From Syntrophales bacterium (lineage in GTDB: Bacteria > Desulfobacterota > Syntrophia > Syntrophales > UBA6807): a stretch of 64,000 nt of DNA. The stretch covers positions 288,001 through 352,000 of the forward strand of contig JAXGPA010000001.1 of the NCBI GenBank assembly GCA_040767195.1, in the 5' to 3' direction. Both the position numbers and the translations under genes were made by a program. The notes under the pieces were generated by a model. It saw only the letters and a list, made by a program, of their open reading frames with translations. It was not told where the DNA came from and did no database searches. Of this stretch, positions 38,203 through 48,203 are shown one piece after another. Each line of letters opens with the position of its first letter. Position 1 is the stretch's first letter.

Positions 38203-39180
38203 ATGGACCTCTATTTTTTATTTTACCTTATAATTATGATAGTCACCGGGATATTCGGGGGAGTAGTCACCTTTTTAACGTTTCCAGGCCCCGGGAAAAA
38301 AATGTTACCCCATATCTCGTTAGGAATTCTTGGATCCTTCAGCGTTCCCCTCTTTTTGAACATGATATCCAGCCAGCTTCTCCAAGAAAGCAGGTCCGAT
38401 TCCGTCAATCTTCTCTATTTGATAAGCATTTGTCTTATTTTCTCCCTTCTTTTCCTCGTCCTGAAGCAGATCATGGAATACCTGAACGGATTCCACAAGC
38501 TCCCCTCGGCCAACATGGATTACGTCATGGCCTATTTCCAGCCGAAAAACAAAATCGCCAACCGGATTTTCGGCGATTTCGCCCGATCCCTGAACAATCC
38601 CCAGGGATGCTCCCTGGACCGCTTCTGTTATTTCATGTGGAAAAAAGACGCCTCCCAGGAAGACCTTCCCAGTGAATGGACACTCCGGGAATCTACCCCC
38701 ATGGATCTCTGGAAATTGAAGCTCTTTTACAAACACCGGTCCGACGGGCTTCTTCTGGACGCCCACAACATGGAAGGGGAGCCGAAAAGGAAAGGGAGCC
38801 TTTTCACGCTTTACGATCAGCTCGGTTTCCACCGGTCCTGGAACATCCACTCCCTCGTCCACCACGAGGATCCCGTAGCTTTCATCGTTAGGGAACGCTC
38901 CGATGTGGGAATCAACATGGCCCAGCTTCTCAACTGCTTCAAAATCATCGTGACGGAACCGGAGATACTCCCCTGGGACATTCTTATAAAATCCGTCTCC
39001 CCCCTGCTTCACGAAGAGACGGCCGCCGAAATTCCCCTCTTAATTTATCCGGAGGACTATGTTAAAAAAGAGGGCGTGCCGGTGACAAAGGTATACGATC
39101 ACTGGATTCTGAACCTTCACGAAAAAGGAAATGAATACCTTCAGCACATGGCAAAAAATTTTCGTATCAGGTTCGACTAA
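38203..39180 (+). CDS. Chimeric protein: N-terminal three-TM YLATT-like domain fused to a copy of the C-terminal 242 aa of the PilZ protein
   Basis: GIFGG..., LGILGSFSVPLFLNMISS.LL. From aa 84 it is colinear with aa 459-700 of 33547..35649. Confidence 0.75.
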   Translation: MDLYFLFYLIIMIVTGIFGGVVTFLTFPGPGKKMLPHISLGILGSFSVPLFLNMISSQLLQESRSDSVNLLYLISICLIFSLLFLVLKQIMEYLNGFHKLPSANMDYVMAYFQPKNKIANRIFGDFARSLNNPQGCSLDRFCYFMWKKDASQEDLPSEWTLRESTPMDLWKLKLFYKHRSDGLLLDAHNMEGEPKRKGSLFTLYDQLGFHRSWNIHSLVHHEDPVAFIVRERSDVGINMAQLLNCFKIIVTEPEILPWDILIKSVSPLLHEETAAEIPLLIYPEDYVKKEGVPVTKVYDHWILNLHEKGNEYLQHMAKNFRIRFD

Positions 39181-41493
39181 TTGAAAGGTCCGCCTTTATA
39201 CAACAGCCGAATCGTCGAGACCTATCTCGAATATCTTCAAGTATATCATCCCCATGTCGACCAAAAGAAAATCCTGGAATCTTCGGGCATCACCAACTTT
39301 GAGATCGAGGACGCCGGTCACTGGTTTTCCCAGGAAGAGGTAGACCGGTTTTATGAGGCCGTCCTGAGAGAAACCGGCGACCCCTCCGTTGCCCGTGAGG
39401 CCGGTCGATACATCGCTTCCAACCAGGCGTCCGGTATCCTCCAGCAGTATGTCATCGGGTTTCTCACCCCCGGCATCGCTTACTGGATGATGGAAAAAGT
39501 AGCGGGAACCCTCAGCCGGGCCTATCATGTAAAAAGCCGGATCATCGGACCCAACCGTGTAAAAATAACCTTTCAGCCCAAGGAAGACGTCGAAGAAAAA
39601 CCATACCAATGTGAAAACCGCACGGGCCTCCTGGAATCTCTGGCCAAGGTTTTCACAAACCGTTTCGCAACCATCGACCATCCTTCATGCATTCACCGCG
39701 GCGACAAGCACTGCGAATACGACGTCTCCTGGGAAATCAGCCCCTTCCTGATCTGGAAACGGGTCGGTTACTACACCGCCGCCTTCCTTTTCCTTCTGGC
39801 GGTGGGGCTGTTCTTCTGGCTTCCTCTATATCCCTGGTCTCTCCTTTCCCTGACCTTCGGGTTGATCGTCCTTGCCATATTCAACAACGCCAGCCGCCTG
39901 GAAAAGGACGATTACGTGAGAAACCTCAAGAGCCAGGGAAACGCGGCGGACGAACTCATCGACCAGATCAACCGTCATTACAACGAGGCCCTTCTGATCC
40001 AGGAGATCGGCCAGGCGGCGTCAAGCATTCTGGACTTTGACCAGCTTCTCCGGTTCATGATGGAAACGTTTCAGAAACGACTGGATTACGACCGGGGACT
40101 GGTCATGCTGGCCAACGACGACCGGACCCGGCTTCTCTACACCGCGGGTTACGGTTACAAGCCGGACCAGGAGTCGATTCTCAAGGAAACGGCGTTTCAT
40201 CTCGACCGCAGCGAATCGACGGGCCAGTTCGTCCAGGCTTTCCGGGACCTGAAGCCTTTCCTCATCACGGACGTTTCGGAAGCGCAAAAAGACATGTCTC
40301 CCAGAAGCGTCCATTTTGCCAAGGCCCTTAACGTCAATTCCTTTCTCTGTGTCCCCATTCTCTACGAGGGGAAAGCGGAAGGTGTTCTCGCCGTCGACTC
40401 CCCCCGATCACAGCGTCCCCTGAACCAGAGCGATCTCAGCCTTCTCATGGGAATCGCCCCTCAAATCGGCATCAGCATCAACAACGCCCGGACCTACCAG
40501 AAGATTCGGGAAAGTGAAGGGCGTTTCCGGGCCTTGGGCGAAAATTCGCCGGACATTATTTTCACGCTCAACGAGAGGGGCGCCATCACCTATGTGAACC
40601 CGGCCTGGGAAAAGATTTTAGGCCATTCCAAGAAAGAGGCTCTCGCCAGAAAATTCACCGATTTCATCGTCCAGGACGACCAGGAAAGGCGGCAGTGGTC
40701 CCGGGCCTTCACGAGGGTTCAAAACAACCGGGAAACCGTCAAAGGTATCCGAACGATCATGCTCTCCCATGACGGTACCGAGAGAATCGTCAGCCTGAGC
40801 GGCTCGCCGAACATAGACGGCACAAACGGCAGAACAGGTCTCATCGGGATCATGAAGGACATCACGGCCCTTGAAAAAAACCTGGACATGCTCCAGTCAG
40901 CCCTGCAGAGCACCATTGATGCCATTTCCATCATCATCGAGGTCCGGGACCCCTACACGGCGGGACACCAGAGGCGGGTGGCCGAACTCGCCTGCGCCAT
41001 CGCCGAGGAAATGAACCTGCCCGACACGACCATCCAGGGCATCCGAATGGGGGCCATGATCCACGATATCGGCAAGATATACATCCCGGCAGAAATACTT
41101 TCCAAACCGGGAAAACTGAATCCTCTCGAATTCGACATGATGAAGGCCCACCCTGAAGTGGGCCACAGCATTCTCAGTCGTGTCGAGTTCAACGCCCCCA
41201 TTGCGGAAATGGTCCATCAGCACCATGAAAAGCTGGACGGGTCGGGGTACCCCCAGGGCCTGAAGGGCGAGGAGATCCTTCTGGAAGCACGGATCCTTTC
41301 GGTGGCTGACGTGGTCGAGGCCATGTCTTCCCATCGTCCGTACCGGCCGGCCCTGGGCATCGACAGGGCCCTCGAGGAAATCGTTTCCATGAGGGGCTCC
41401 GTTTTCGATGAAGAGGTCGTGGACACGTGCGTTACGTTGCTCAGGGAAAAGAACTTCCAGTTCAGCCAGGATGGAAAGGCCACGTCATCCTGA
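39181..41493 (+). CDS. Membrane HD-GYP phosphodiesterase with N-terminal V4R/H-NOX-like sensor, 2 TM, GAF and PAS domains
   Basis: QCENRTG..E...HPSCIHRGDKHCEY (V4R-like), LCVPI..EG...GVLAVD (GAF), ITYVNPAW (PAS), DPYTAGHQRRV, HDIGK, HHEKLDGSGYP. Confidence 0.88.
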   Translation: MKGPPLYNSRIVETYLEYLQVYHPHVDQKKILESSGITNFEIEDAGHWFSQEEVDRFYEAVLRETGDPSVAREAGRYIASNQASGILQQYVIGFLTPGIAYWMMEKVAGTLSRAYHVKSRIIGPNRVKITFQPKEDVEEKPYQCENRTGLLESLAKVFTNRFATIDHPSCIHRGDKHCEYDVSWEISPFLIWKRVGYYTAAFLFLLAVGLFFWLPLYPWSLLSLTFGLIVLAIFNNASRLEKDDYVRNLKSQGNAADELIDQINRHYNEALLIQEIGQAASSILDFDQLLRFMMETFQKRLDYDRGLVMLANDDRTRLLYTAGYGYKPDQESILKETAFHLDRSESTGQFVQAFRDLKPFLITDVSEAQKDMSPRSVHFAKALNVNSFLCVPILYEGKAEGVLAVDSPRSQRPLNQSDLSLLMGIAPQIGISINNARTYQKIRESEGRFRALGENSPDIIFTLNERGAITYVNPAWEKILGHSKKEALARKFTDFIVQDDQERRQWSRAFTRVQNNRETVKGIRTIMLSHDGTERIVSLSGSPNIDGTNGRTGLIGIMKDITALEKNLDMLQSALQSTIDAISIIIEVRDPYTAGHQRRVAELACAIAEEMNLPDTTIQGIRMGAMIHDIGKIYIPAEILSKPGKLNPLEFDMMKAHPEVGHSILSRVEFNAPIAEMVHQHHEKLDGSGYPQGLKGEEILLEARILSVADVVEAMSSHRPYRPALGIDRALEEIVSMRGSVFDEEVVDTCVTLLREKNFQFSQDGKATSS

Positions 41494-42303
41494 CAGGGGG
41501 ACTCTCCCCCGGCACAAGATGAGGGGGGTGTAGGTGAATCGCCGGGGATGGTAAAAAAACTTCTTGAAATCAGATAGAAAGACCGCGTAACCACCCTCGT
41601 AGTCATCGAAGATGTCCGGCACAAGGACGGAAGCCACTTCTATTTTCTTGAGCCAGTTGTAAGCGTCGCTGTCCCTGATCTCCCCATAGATGAGATGGTG
41701 GGCCATGAGGTCCATTTCCACGTTCGCGAAACCTTCATCGTAAAGATAGGCGTAAAGCTTGCGCCCAGCGTGGACATCGAAATCGAAGTCCCGCTCCATG
41801 CGGGCCATGATCCTGACAAGACAGTTCTCCAGGTCCGGTGGAATGTCATAATGATTGAGACAATTGGAATCCAGGTCGATAAGGCAGAGCCATCCGCCGG
41901 GCTTGATCAGAGCCTTCAGATTCTTCACAATTCGAAAAGCCTCTTTTCGGAAGTACTCGAGAACGAAACGAACCCAGATGAGATCGAAGGTTCCGAGTTC
42001 TTCGAGGGGTTCGCGAAAATCTTTGAGTTCGAAGCGGATTCCCGGAAGATTCCCATAGGTTTTTCTCGCGTGTTCAATTCTTGACGGGGAAAAATCGATA
42101 CCCGTGGCGGATCCCCCAGGCATGACCATTTCCCGGAGGAAGGAGGTTGTCAGGCCGGGACCGCATCCGGCGTCGAGTACGCGCATCCCCGGGCGGACAC
42201 CGCACCAGGCGGCCTGCCTGTAAAAAGCCCCGGGATCCGTCTTCCCTTCGAGGCGGATGATTTCATCCCGGTTCTCCATCAGATACCCCCCTTTTTCCGT
42301 CAT
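41485..42303 (-). CDS. Class I SAM-dependent methyltransferase
   Basis: VLDAGCGPG, GIDFS, FDLIWVRFVLEY, KPGG. Convergent 9-bp overlap with the HD-GYP gene. Confidence 0.9.
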   Translation of the reverse strand: MTEKGGYLMENRDEIIRLEGKTDPGAFYRQAAWCGVRPGMRVLDAGCGPGLTTSFLREMVMPGGSATGIDFSPSRIEHARKTYGNLPGIRFELKDFREPLEELGTFDLIWVRFVLEYFRKEAFRIVKNLKALIKPGGWLCLIDLDSNCLNHYDIPPDLENCLVRIMARMERDFDFDVHAGRKLYAYLYDEGFANVEMDLMAHHLIYGEIRDSDAYNWLKKIEVASVLVPDIFDDYEGGYAVFLSDFKKFFYHPRRFTYTPLILCRGRVPLSG

Positions 42304-42471
42304 CGATCCTCCTTTCATCGATCTCCTCTGAATACGAACTGGATTTCTCACCGTCTCAAAAAAAGCGCCGGAGACAGGACACCTGATCTTCCAAAGACGT
42401 TTGCCGCCGCGCGGTTCGTTGCGTCTGAACCGAAAACGGCGGAAAAAGGGCGAGGGGCTCTTGCAAAGCCG

Positions 42472-43155
42472 TCAGGCATAACTTCGCAGGTACTTTCGTA
42501 TATAGGTCTCCACTTTCTCACGGCCGTGGAAGATGCCGAAATGCCCTTCGCAGAGGATGTCGGCTTTGAGTTCCAGAAGCTTCTCCATGGATGTCCGCCA
42601 GTCCTCGACAACGGAGGCAAAACTCGGGAGAAAGGGGCCATGGATATCCTGACCGAAGAGGATCCGCCGGCCCCCTCGATCCAGGTACAGGGACAGAGAA
42701 CCGGGGGTGTGTCCCGGCGTGTGAAGAACATGGAGTTCTTCGTCACCAAAGGACAGAACCTCGTGGTCCGACGTGAAACGGCGGTCCACCGGTGTGGGCG
42801 GAAATTCCGTTTCATACCAGTTGGCCGCCGTACGGACGGGGTCTCCCGTCTCCACGGCGTCGGCGTCCAGATCGTGCATGGCCGTGGGAATGCCGTGAAT
42901 CCCCCTGAAGTAAGGCGCCCCCCCGATGTGATCGATGTGACAGTGCGTGAGGACGAGAAGGGAAATATCCTCCGGCCTCAAACCGGCCTTGGCCATGTTT
43001 TTTTCCAGGATGCGGGCGCTTCTCCCCGCACCGGCGTCGATCATGACCAGGGTTTCGGGAAACCGGATCACGAAAGCCGTGGCGTCTTCCCCATAGGACA
43101 CGCTGGGCCCGCCTACGAGATAGACACCTTCCACGATTTCTTCAACAGGGTTCAT
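42472..43155 (-). CDS. Metallo-beta-lactamase fold hydrolase
   Basis: [21 protein letters not shown]. Confidence 0.9.
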   Translation of the reverse strand: MNPVEEIVEGVYLVGGPSVSYGEDATAFVIRFPETLVMIDAGAGRSARILEKNMAKAGLRPEDISLLVLTHCHIDHIGGAPYFRGIHGIPTAMHDLDADAVETGDPVRTAANWYETEFPPTPVDRRFTSDHEVLSFGDEELHVLHTPGHTPGSLSLYLDRGGRRILFGQDIHGPFLPSFASVVEDWRTSMEKLLELKADILCEGHFGIFHGREKVETYIRKYLRSYA

Positions 43156-44093
43156 GACGCCTCCCCACCCGTTCGAAGACTTCCGATGATTTCCCCGATA
43201 TCGGCGATTCCTTTCCGGTTCATATACTGTCGGATCCCGTCGAGAACGTCGAGGGTCGCCCGGGGATTGATGAAATTGGCCGTGCCGATCTGAACGGCCG
43301 AAGCGCCGACGATCAGAAATTCCAGGGCGTCCCGGGCTTCCGCGATCCCCCCGACACCGATGACGGGGATGGAAACGGCCCGCCGGACTTCCCAGACCAT
43401 CCTCAAGGCCACCGGCCGGACAGCCGGTCCGGAAAGGCCGCCGGTCACCACGGCCAGGTGAGGAATTCGTTTTTCCACGTCCACCGACATGCCCCGAAGG
43501 GTGTTGATAAGGGACAGGGCATCGGCGCCCGCACCCTCAACCCGGCGGGCGACGGCACCGATGTCCGTCACGTTGGGGGTAAGCTTGACGATCACGGGAA
43601 GGCGGGTTGCTTTCTTAACCGACCGGGTTACCCGCGCGGCGGCGGCGGGATCAGTTCCGAAAGTGATGCCGCCGCGCTTGATGTTGGGACAGGAAACGTT
43701 TACTTCCAGCCCGTGAACGCCGTCCACACCGTCGAGAATTGACGCCAGCCGGGCATATTCCTCCACCGTCTCGCCGAAGATGTTGACAATGACGGGAACG
43801 TTGCAGGAACGAAGAAAAGGGAGCTTTTCCTCCACGAAAGCCTCGACGCCTATGTTCTGAAGACCCACGGCGTTGAGCATCCCCGAGGGCGTTTCCATGA
43901 TCCGGGGAGGAGGGTTGCCCGCCCGTGGTTTAAGGGACAACCCCTTGACCACAACGGCCCCGAGAAGGCCCGGGTCCACAAAGGGACTGTATGCCTCACC
44001 ATAACCAAAGGTCCCTGAAGCGGTCATGACGGGATTCTTCAACGTCAGCCCCCCGCCTATGGAAACACTGAGGTTCATCTCTTCATCCGTCAC
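43152..44093 (-). CDS. pyrD: Dihydroorotate dehydrogenase class 1B catalytic subunit
   Basis: [42 protein letters not shown]. Confidence 0.95.
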   Translation of the reverse strand: MTDEEMNLSVSIGGGLTLKNPVMTASGTFGYGEAYSPFVDPGLLGAVVVKGLSLKPRAGNPPPRIMETPSGMLNAVGLQNIGVEAFVEEKLPFLRSCNVPVIVNIFGETVEEYARLASILDGVDGVHGLEVNVSCPNIKRGGITFGTDPAAAARVTRSVKKATRLPVIVKLTPNVTDIGAVARRVEGAGADALSLINTLRGMSVDVEKRIPHLAVVTGGLSGPAVRPVALRMVWEVRRAVSIPVIGVGGIAEARDALEFLIVGASAVQIGTANFINPRATLDVLDGIRQYMNRKGIADIGEIIGSLRTGGEAS

Positions 44094-44104
44094 GACTTCA
44101 ATCC

Positions 44105-44270
44105 TGACGACTTCGTAAAAAAGTCCATAGGCTGTGTTGCCCTTCGTCCCCGGTCATGGCGACGTACCAATAAGTACGTCTCACTCCTCGGGATTTGGGC
44201 GCCTTGCCTCTGGATCTTTTTACAAAGCCTTCGGTAACTTAACATTTTTCGAGTTTTTACAGGTTCGTCA
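44105..44270. mobile_element. 166-bp structured dispersed repeat, copy 2, inserted between pyrK and pyrD
   Basis: Ungapped match to 5635-5800; ends TGACGA-N4-GTAAAAA on both strands; flanks ATCC/ATTC. Confidence 0.8.
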
Positions 44271-45092
44271 ATTCTGGAACTCATCGAAGGAAAACACCGG
44301 ACCCTCCCGGCAGACCCGGACGTAGTTCCTCTCCCCTCCGGCCGTTTTCAGGGAAACGGCGCAGCCCAGGCAGGCCCCGACACCGCAGGCCATCCGCTCC
44401 TCCACCGACACCTGGCCCGTCACGCCATGCCTGATCCCGAAGGCGGTGAGACGGGACAGCATGGGCCGGGGTCCGCAACCGTAGATCACCGTCCCGGCGG
44501 GATCATAGCGGTGAAACTCCTTCTCCAGAAGGTCCATGACTGTCCCCTTGAACCCGGCGCTCCCGTCATCGGTGCTGACCCGCAATGCGGAACACAGGGA
44601 CTTGAAACCCTTGAAAAGTGGGAAAAAACTCGAATTCCCGCAGCCCAGATAGGCGTGGAGGGAGACTTCTCCTCTCCTCAGGTGATCCGTCAAGGCCCTC
44701 GCCAGATAGTGAAGCGGAACCACCCCCATTCCCCCGCCCACAAGGAGGAGTGTCGGCTTTTCCGGGACTGCCGAAAACCCCCGGCCCAGGGGACCGATAA
44801 GGGAAAGCATCTCCCCCCGTTTCATGCGGCTGAAAATTTCCGTGCCCTTTCCGGCGACACGATACAAAAGGCCCACCCTTTCACGTCCTTTCGTGGCGTC
44901 CATGTCATAAACACTGAAGGGCCTCGGCAAAAACGGGGTGTCTTCGGCTCTCCTGCGGACCATGACAAACTGCCCCGGTGAAGGGATCACCTCCATCAAT
45001 GGCGCGCAGGAGACAGTCATGCGAAAATGCCCCGGGAGAATCTCCTTGTGGGCGAGGATGGTGCCCGTCATGACCTGCCGTGCCGCCGTCAT
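44268..45092 (-). CDS. pyrK: Dihydroorotate dehydrogenase electron transfer subunit
   Basis: PGQFVM, RPFS, GPLGRGF, GGG.GV.P, CGP, EERMACGVGACLGC, RVC.EGPVF. Confidence 0.93.
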   Translation of the reverse strand: MTAARQVMTGTILAHKEILPGHFRMTVSCAPLMEVIPSPGQFVMVRRRAEDTPFLPRPFSVYDMDATKGRERVGLLYRVAGKGTEIFSRMKRGEMLSLIGPLGRGFSAVPEKPTLLLVGGGMGVVPLHYLARALTDHLRRGEVSLHAYLGCGNSSFFPLFKGFKSLCSALRVSTDDGSAGFKGTVMDLLEKEFHRYDPAGTVIYGCGPRPMLSRLTAFGIRHGVTGQVSVEERMACGVGACLGCAVSLKTAGGERNYVRVCREGPVFSFDEFQN

Positions 45093-45093
45093 G

Positions 45094-45618
45094 TCACAAC
45101 CCTCCCTTTTGCTTCCCCTCTGTCTTCGAGGAAAAGTCCGCCGTCATGATGACCGCATCCTCGCAGGTGTCGGCATAGTAGAGGGGTCGGATCCCTCTTT
45201 TTCTGAAGCCGAATTTTTCATAAAGGCGCAACGCGGACCTGTTCGATCGCCTGACTTCGAGAAAACCCAGAAAAGCTCCTTTTTCAATCCCATGCGCGAT
45301 CATCGTCTTCATCAGGAAGCTGGCGACGCCATCCCGGCGGTACCCCGGTCGAACAGCCACGTTCCGCAGGTGAATCTCATCCACAATAATGGCGAAATGG
45401 ATGGAGCCTGCGATGACTTCTCCCCTGAGGGCGACTAAACTGTGACAGAAGGGGGCTCGCAGTTCCTCCAGAAAAGACAGCTCCGACCACGGCGTTCTGA
45501 AAGAACTTCGCTCGATCTCGAGAACACTCTTCAGATCGGTCTCTTCCATTTGTCGTACCGTCAGGAGGGCCTGGTCCGGCAAATGTTCCTCTGTTCTATC
45601 GTGCGTGACGGCGCCCAT
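45094..45618 (-). CDS. rimI: Ribosomal protein S18-alanine N-acetyltransferase
   Basis: IE..SF.TPWS, NVAV.P.YRRDG, LEVRRSN..A..LYEKFGF...G.R..YY....EDA..M. Start uncertain. Confidence 0.88.
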   Translation of the reverse strand: MGAVTHDRTEEHLPDQALLTVRQMEETDLKSVLEIERSSFRTPWSELSFLEELRAPFCHSLVALRGEVIAGSIHFAIIVDEIHLRNVAVRPGYRRDGVASFLMKTMIAHGIEKGAFLGFLEVRRSNRSALRLYEKFGFRKRGIRPLYYADTCEDAVIMTADFSSKTEGKQKGGL

Positions 45619-45626
45619 GGACTTCC

Positions 45627-46343
45627 CTACGAACACAGCAGGGTGCCGAAGAGCACCGCCATGAAAAAGAATCCCGTGAAAAGAGGGGCAACCCCCTTTT
45701 GGCGGACCGTGTTCAGGACAGCGGCAATGCCGACGAGTGGCAGGGACCAGAAAATAATGAGAAGGGCTTTCATCGGGATTTTCCCCGAAAGAAGGGGATA
45801 CGCCTTCAGGAGAACCACGGTGCCCAAGAAAAGAAAAACGAAGATGAACCCGACATAGATGACGAGCGTTCTTACCAGGTCCAGCCGGACACACCGGGCG
45901 ATATCCTCGGGACGGCCTTCGACGGCGCCTGCCAGGGCCCTGTCCGCGAGGGTGCCGTGCGTGGCGATGATCCACTGATCCAGTTTTCGGGCAAGAAAGG
46001 CCAGAGGCATGAAGAGAAGGATGGAAAAAGCCATCATCTCCTTCGTAACGGACCCGGCGGCCTGCCCCGCCAGGATGGTGCTCCCGACGGCGACAGCGGA
46101 CATGAGGGAGTCATTGGGAGGAATGTAAACGCCTATGGGCAGGTGGTCGACCCACAAAATCTCGATGAGAGCCCCCATGACAAGAGCTGTCGGCAAATCG
46201 CCGAGAACCGCCCCCAGAACAGCCGAGACAATGATGGGCCTGGAAATCATGACCTGGAAGAAGACGCGATCCAGGCATGCAATTCCCGCCAGGGCGGCCG
46301 CGAGAGCGGACTTTCCACCCGCAACGCCGTCAATCAAGAACAC
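45627..46343 (-). CDS. Mannose-family PTS EIIC-like membrane protein
   Basis: LDR..FFQ.MISRPI, GALIE..W...LPIG.YIPP. Confidence 0.8.
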   Translation of the reverse strand: MFLIDGVAGGKSALAAALAGIACLDRVFFQVMISRPIIVSAVLGAVLGDLPTALVMGALIEILWVDHLPIGVYIPPNDSLMSAVAVGSTILAGQAAGSVTKEMMAFSILLFMPLAFLARKLDQWIIATHGTLADRALAGAVEGRPEDIARCVRLDLVRTLVIYVGFIFVFLFLGTVVLLKAYPLLSGKIPMKALLIIFWSLPLVGIAAVLNTVRQKGVAPLFTGFFFMAVLFGTLLCS

Positions 46344-46830
46344 GAAAGGACCTTTGGTTCATCATCTCGGAGAAGTCAATCGATTTATCCCGGGGAACGC
46401 AACGGAGTTCCACGGTCACACCGGCATCGACGAGGGAAAGAATGGCGCTCACATCCTTGTCGTTGAGAAAAATAGTGGAGGAACATCGGATTTTTCCATC
46501 CTCATCGTAAACGTTCCCGATATTCAATTTTTCAAAGCGGTATCCATGATGAAAGGCCTCGACAACATCACCGATATTGTCAAAAAGAACGATGATGTTT
46601 TCCCGGTTCCTTCCTTTGGAACGCATGTTCCGGACAAAATCAACTATATCATACACATCAACTTTAACATCAATGGGAACAGCCATCCGAATGACCGATT
46701 CCCTGAAGGGATCCGAGGCCACGTCGTTGTTGACGACAATGATCCGCCCCGCCTGAATGTGAGGGACCCAGGCCTCGATGATCTGCCCGTGAACGAGCCT
46801 GTTGTCCACTCGGATGAAGATCCGACCCAT
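46330..46830 (-). CDS. Mannose-family PTS EIIB component
   Basis: RVDNRLVHGQI..W, LNIGN. Confidence 0.9.
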   Translation of the reverse strand: MGRIFIRVDNRLVHGQIIEAWVPHIQAGRIIVVNNDVASDPFRESVIRMAVPIDVKVDVYDIVDFVRNMRSKGRNRENIIVLFDNIGDVVEAFHHGYRFEKLNIGNVYDEDGKIRCSSTIFLNDKDVSAILSLVDAGVTVELRCVPRDKSIDFSEMMNQRSFRVLD

Positions 46831-46875
46831 CTAAAAGGCTCCTTCAGGAACGGGGAACCGGACCGGACACCGCGG

Positions 46876-47286
46876 TCAGTCCGAAGCCTTCCGGTTGAGG
46901 ATTTCACTCGCCATATAAATATTTTTTATACCATAGTTGCGAACGGTTTCCGCAAAGCGATAGAGGTCCTTCTCCTCCTGGAGATCGGACAATTTGAGGA
47001 GCATCGGCAGGTTCACGCCGGTAACGACTTCGATCTTCTTGTCCTGCAGGAAAGAAAGGGAGATGTTGGAGGGCGTCCCTCCGAAAAGATCCGTGAGGAT
47101 GAGAACACCCGCTCCCTGGTCCACTTTTTTGAGGGCCCCCGTAATCTCCTTTTTGATTTCGTTCAGCCCCTTCTTCGCGTCTACGGAAACAGCAAGGATT
47201 CCCTTTTGCTCACCCTTTATCATGACGGTCGCCCGTATGAGTTCGTCCGCCAGGTTTCCGTGAGTAATCACAAGTGTTCCGATCAT
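46876..47286 (-). CDS. Mannose-family PTS EIIA component
   Basis: VITHG, TDLFGGTPSN, TGVNLPML. Confidence 0.92.
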   Translation of the reverse strand: MIGTLVITHGNLADELIRATVMIKGEQKGILAVSVDAKKGLNEIKKEITGALKKVDQGAGVLILTDLFGGTPSNISLSFLQDKKIEVVTGVNLPMLLKLSDLQEEKDLYRFAETVRNYGIKNIYMASEILNRKASD

Positions 47287-47484
47287 AGTTGCTCCGCCTC
47301 GAGGATTAGTAACGTAGGCTAATGAAATGCCCGCAAATTGTCAAGCTTGAATGATCCCTGCCTAAATCCTGACCTTCGTTAACCTATATTTACAAGCCAG
47401 CGAGCAGGCCGGGCAACAAGGCGACTGTTGACAGATTCTTTGGGATAGGTTATTTTTCTTCATCCCTTATCCTGGAGACGCCTT

Positions 47485-47970
47485 TTGAACAAGACATTGA
47501 GCTGGGTTTCCTGTCCTTTTTGCGGAAAGCCTGTTTCTCTGTACAGAAACCCCGTCCCGACGGTGGATGTGATCATAGAAATAGATGGACAGGGGATTAT
47601 CCTCATCAAAAGGAAAAACCCTCCCCCTGGATGGGCCCTGCCGGGCGGATTTGTCGATTACGGTGAAACCCTGGAGGACGCGGCCATACGGGAGGCCCTG
47701 GAGGAAACATCCCTGAACGTCACCCTCCAGGGACTTTCAGGGGTCTATTCGTCACCTGACCGCGATCCCAGACAGCATACCATATCCACGGTATTTATCG
47801 CCACGGCTTCGGGAACCCCCCGGGCTCGGGACGACGCGGCGGACATCGGGATCTTTTCAGAAGAGAACATTCCCAAAATCCTGGCCTTCGATCACGAAAA
47901 AATCCTCGCCGATTATTTCAGGAACCAGTCCTCCATGAGAGAAAAACCGGCAACGGCGAGACCCCTTTGA
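47485..47970 (+). CDS. NUDIX hydrolase (ADP-ribose pyrophosphatase-like)
   Basis: [51 protein letters not shown]. Confidence 0.92.
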   Translation: MNKTLSWVSCPFCGKPVSLYRNPVPTVDVIIEIDGQGIILIKRKNPPPGWALPGGFVDYGETLEDAAIREALEETSLNVTLQGLSGVYSSPDRDPRQHTISTVFIATASGTPRARDDAADIGIFSEENIPKILAFDHEKILADYFRNQSSMREKPATARPL

Positions 47971-48177
47971 GAAATTCAGCGGGATCGACAAAAGTGTCGT
48001 TTTTGTCGTCTCCCCGGGAAATCTCTTTAATATATTATGATTATTTGCTTTCAGCGTAAGGGAGGAAATTCCGTCGACATTTTCTTCCCCTGTTCTTTTC
48101 CTTCAAAATCCTGTCAGGGCGTCGTTGCGTTCATGATTTCCAGTCATAAAAGGCACTCCTGGCAGATATGAGACGCT

Positions 48178-48193
48178 TGGCATGCATCATGCA
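48178..48193 (+). promoter_or_regulatory. Putative sigma54 promoter
   Basis: TGGCATG-CATC-ATGCA with exact GG-N10-GC spacing; palindrome CGACAAAAGTGTCG about 200 bp upstream. Confidence 0.65.
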
Positions 48194-48203
48194 TATTATA
48201 TAA

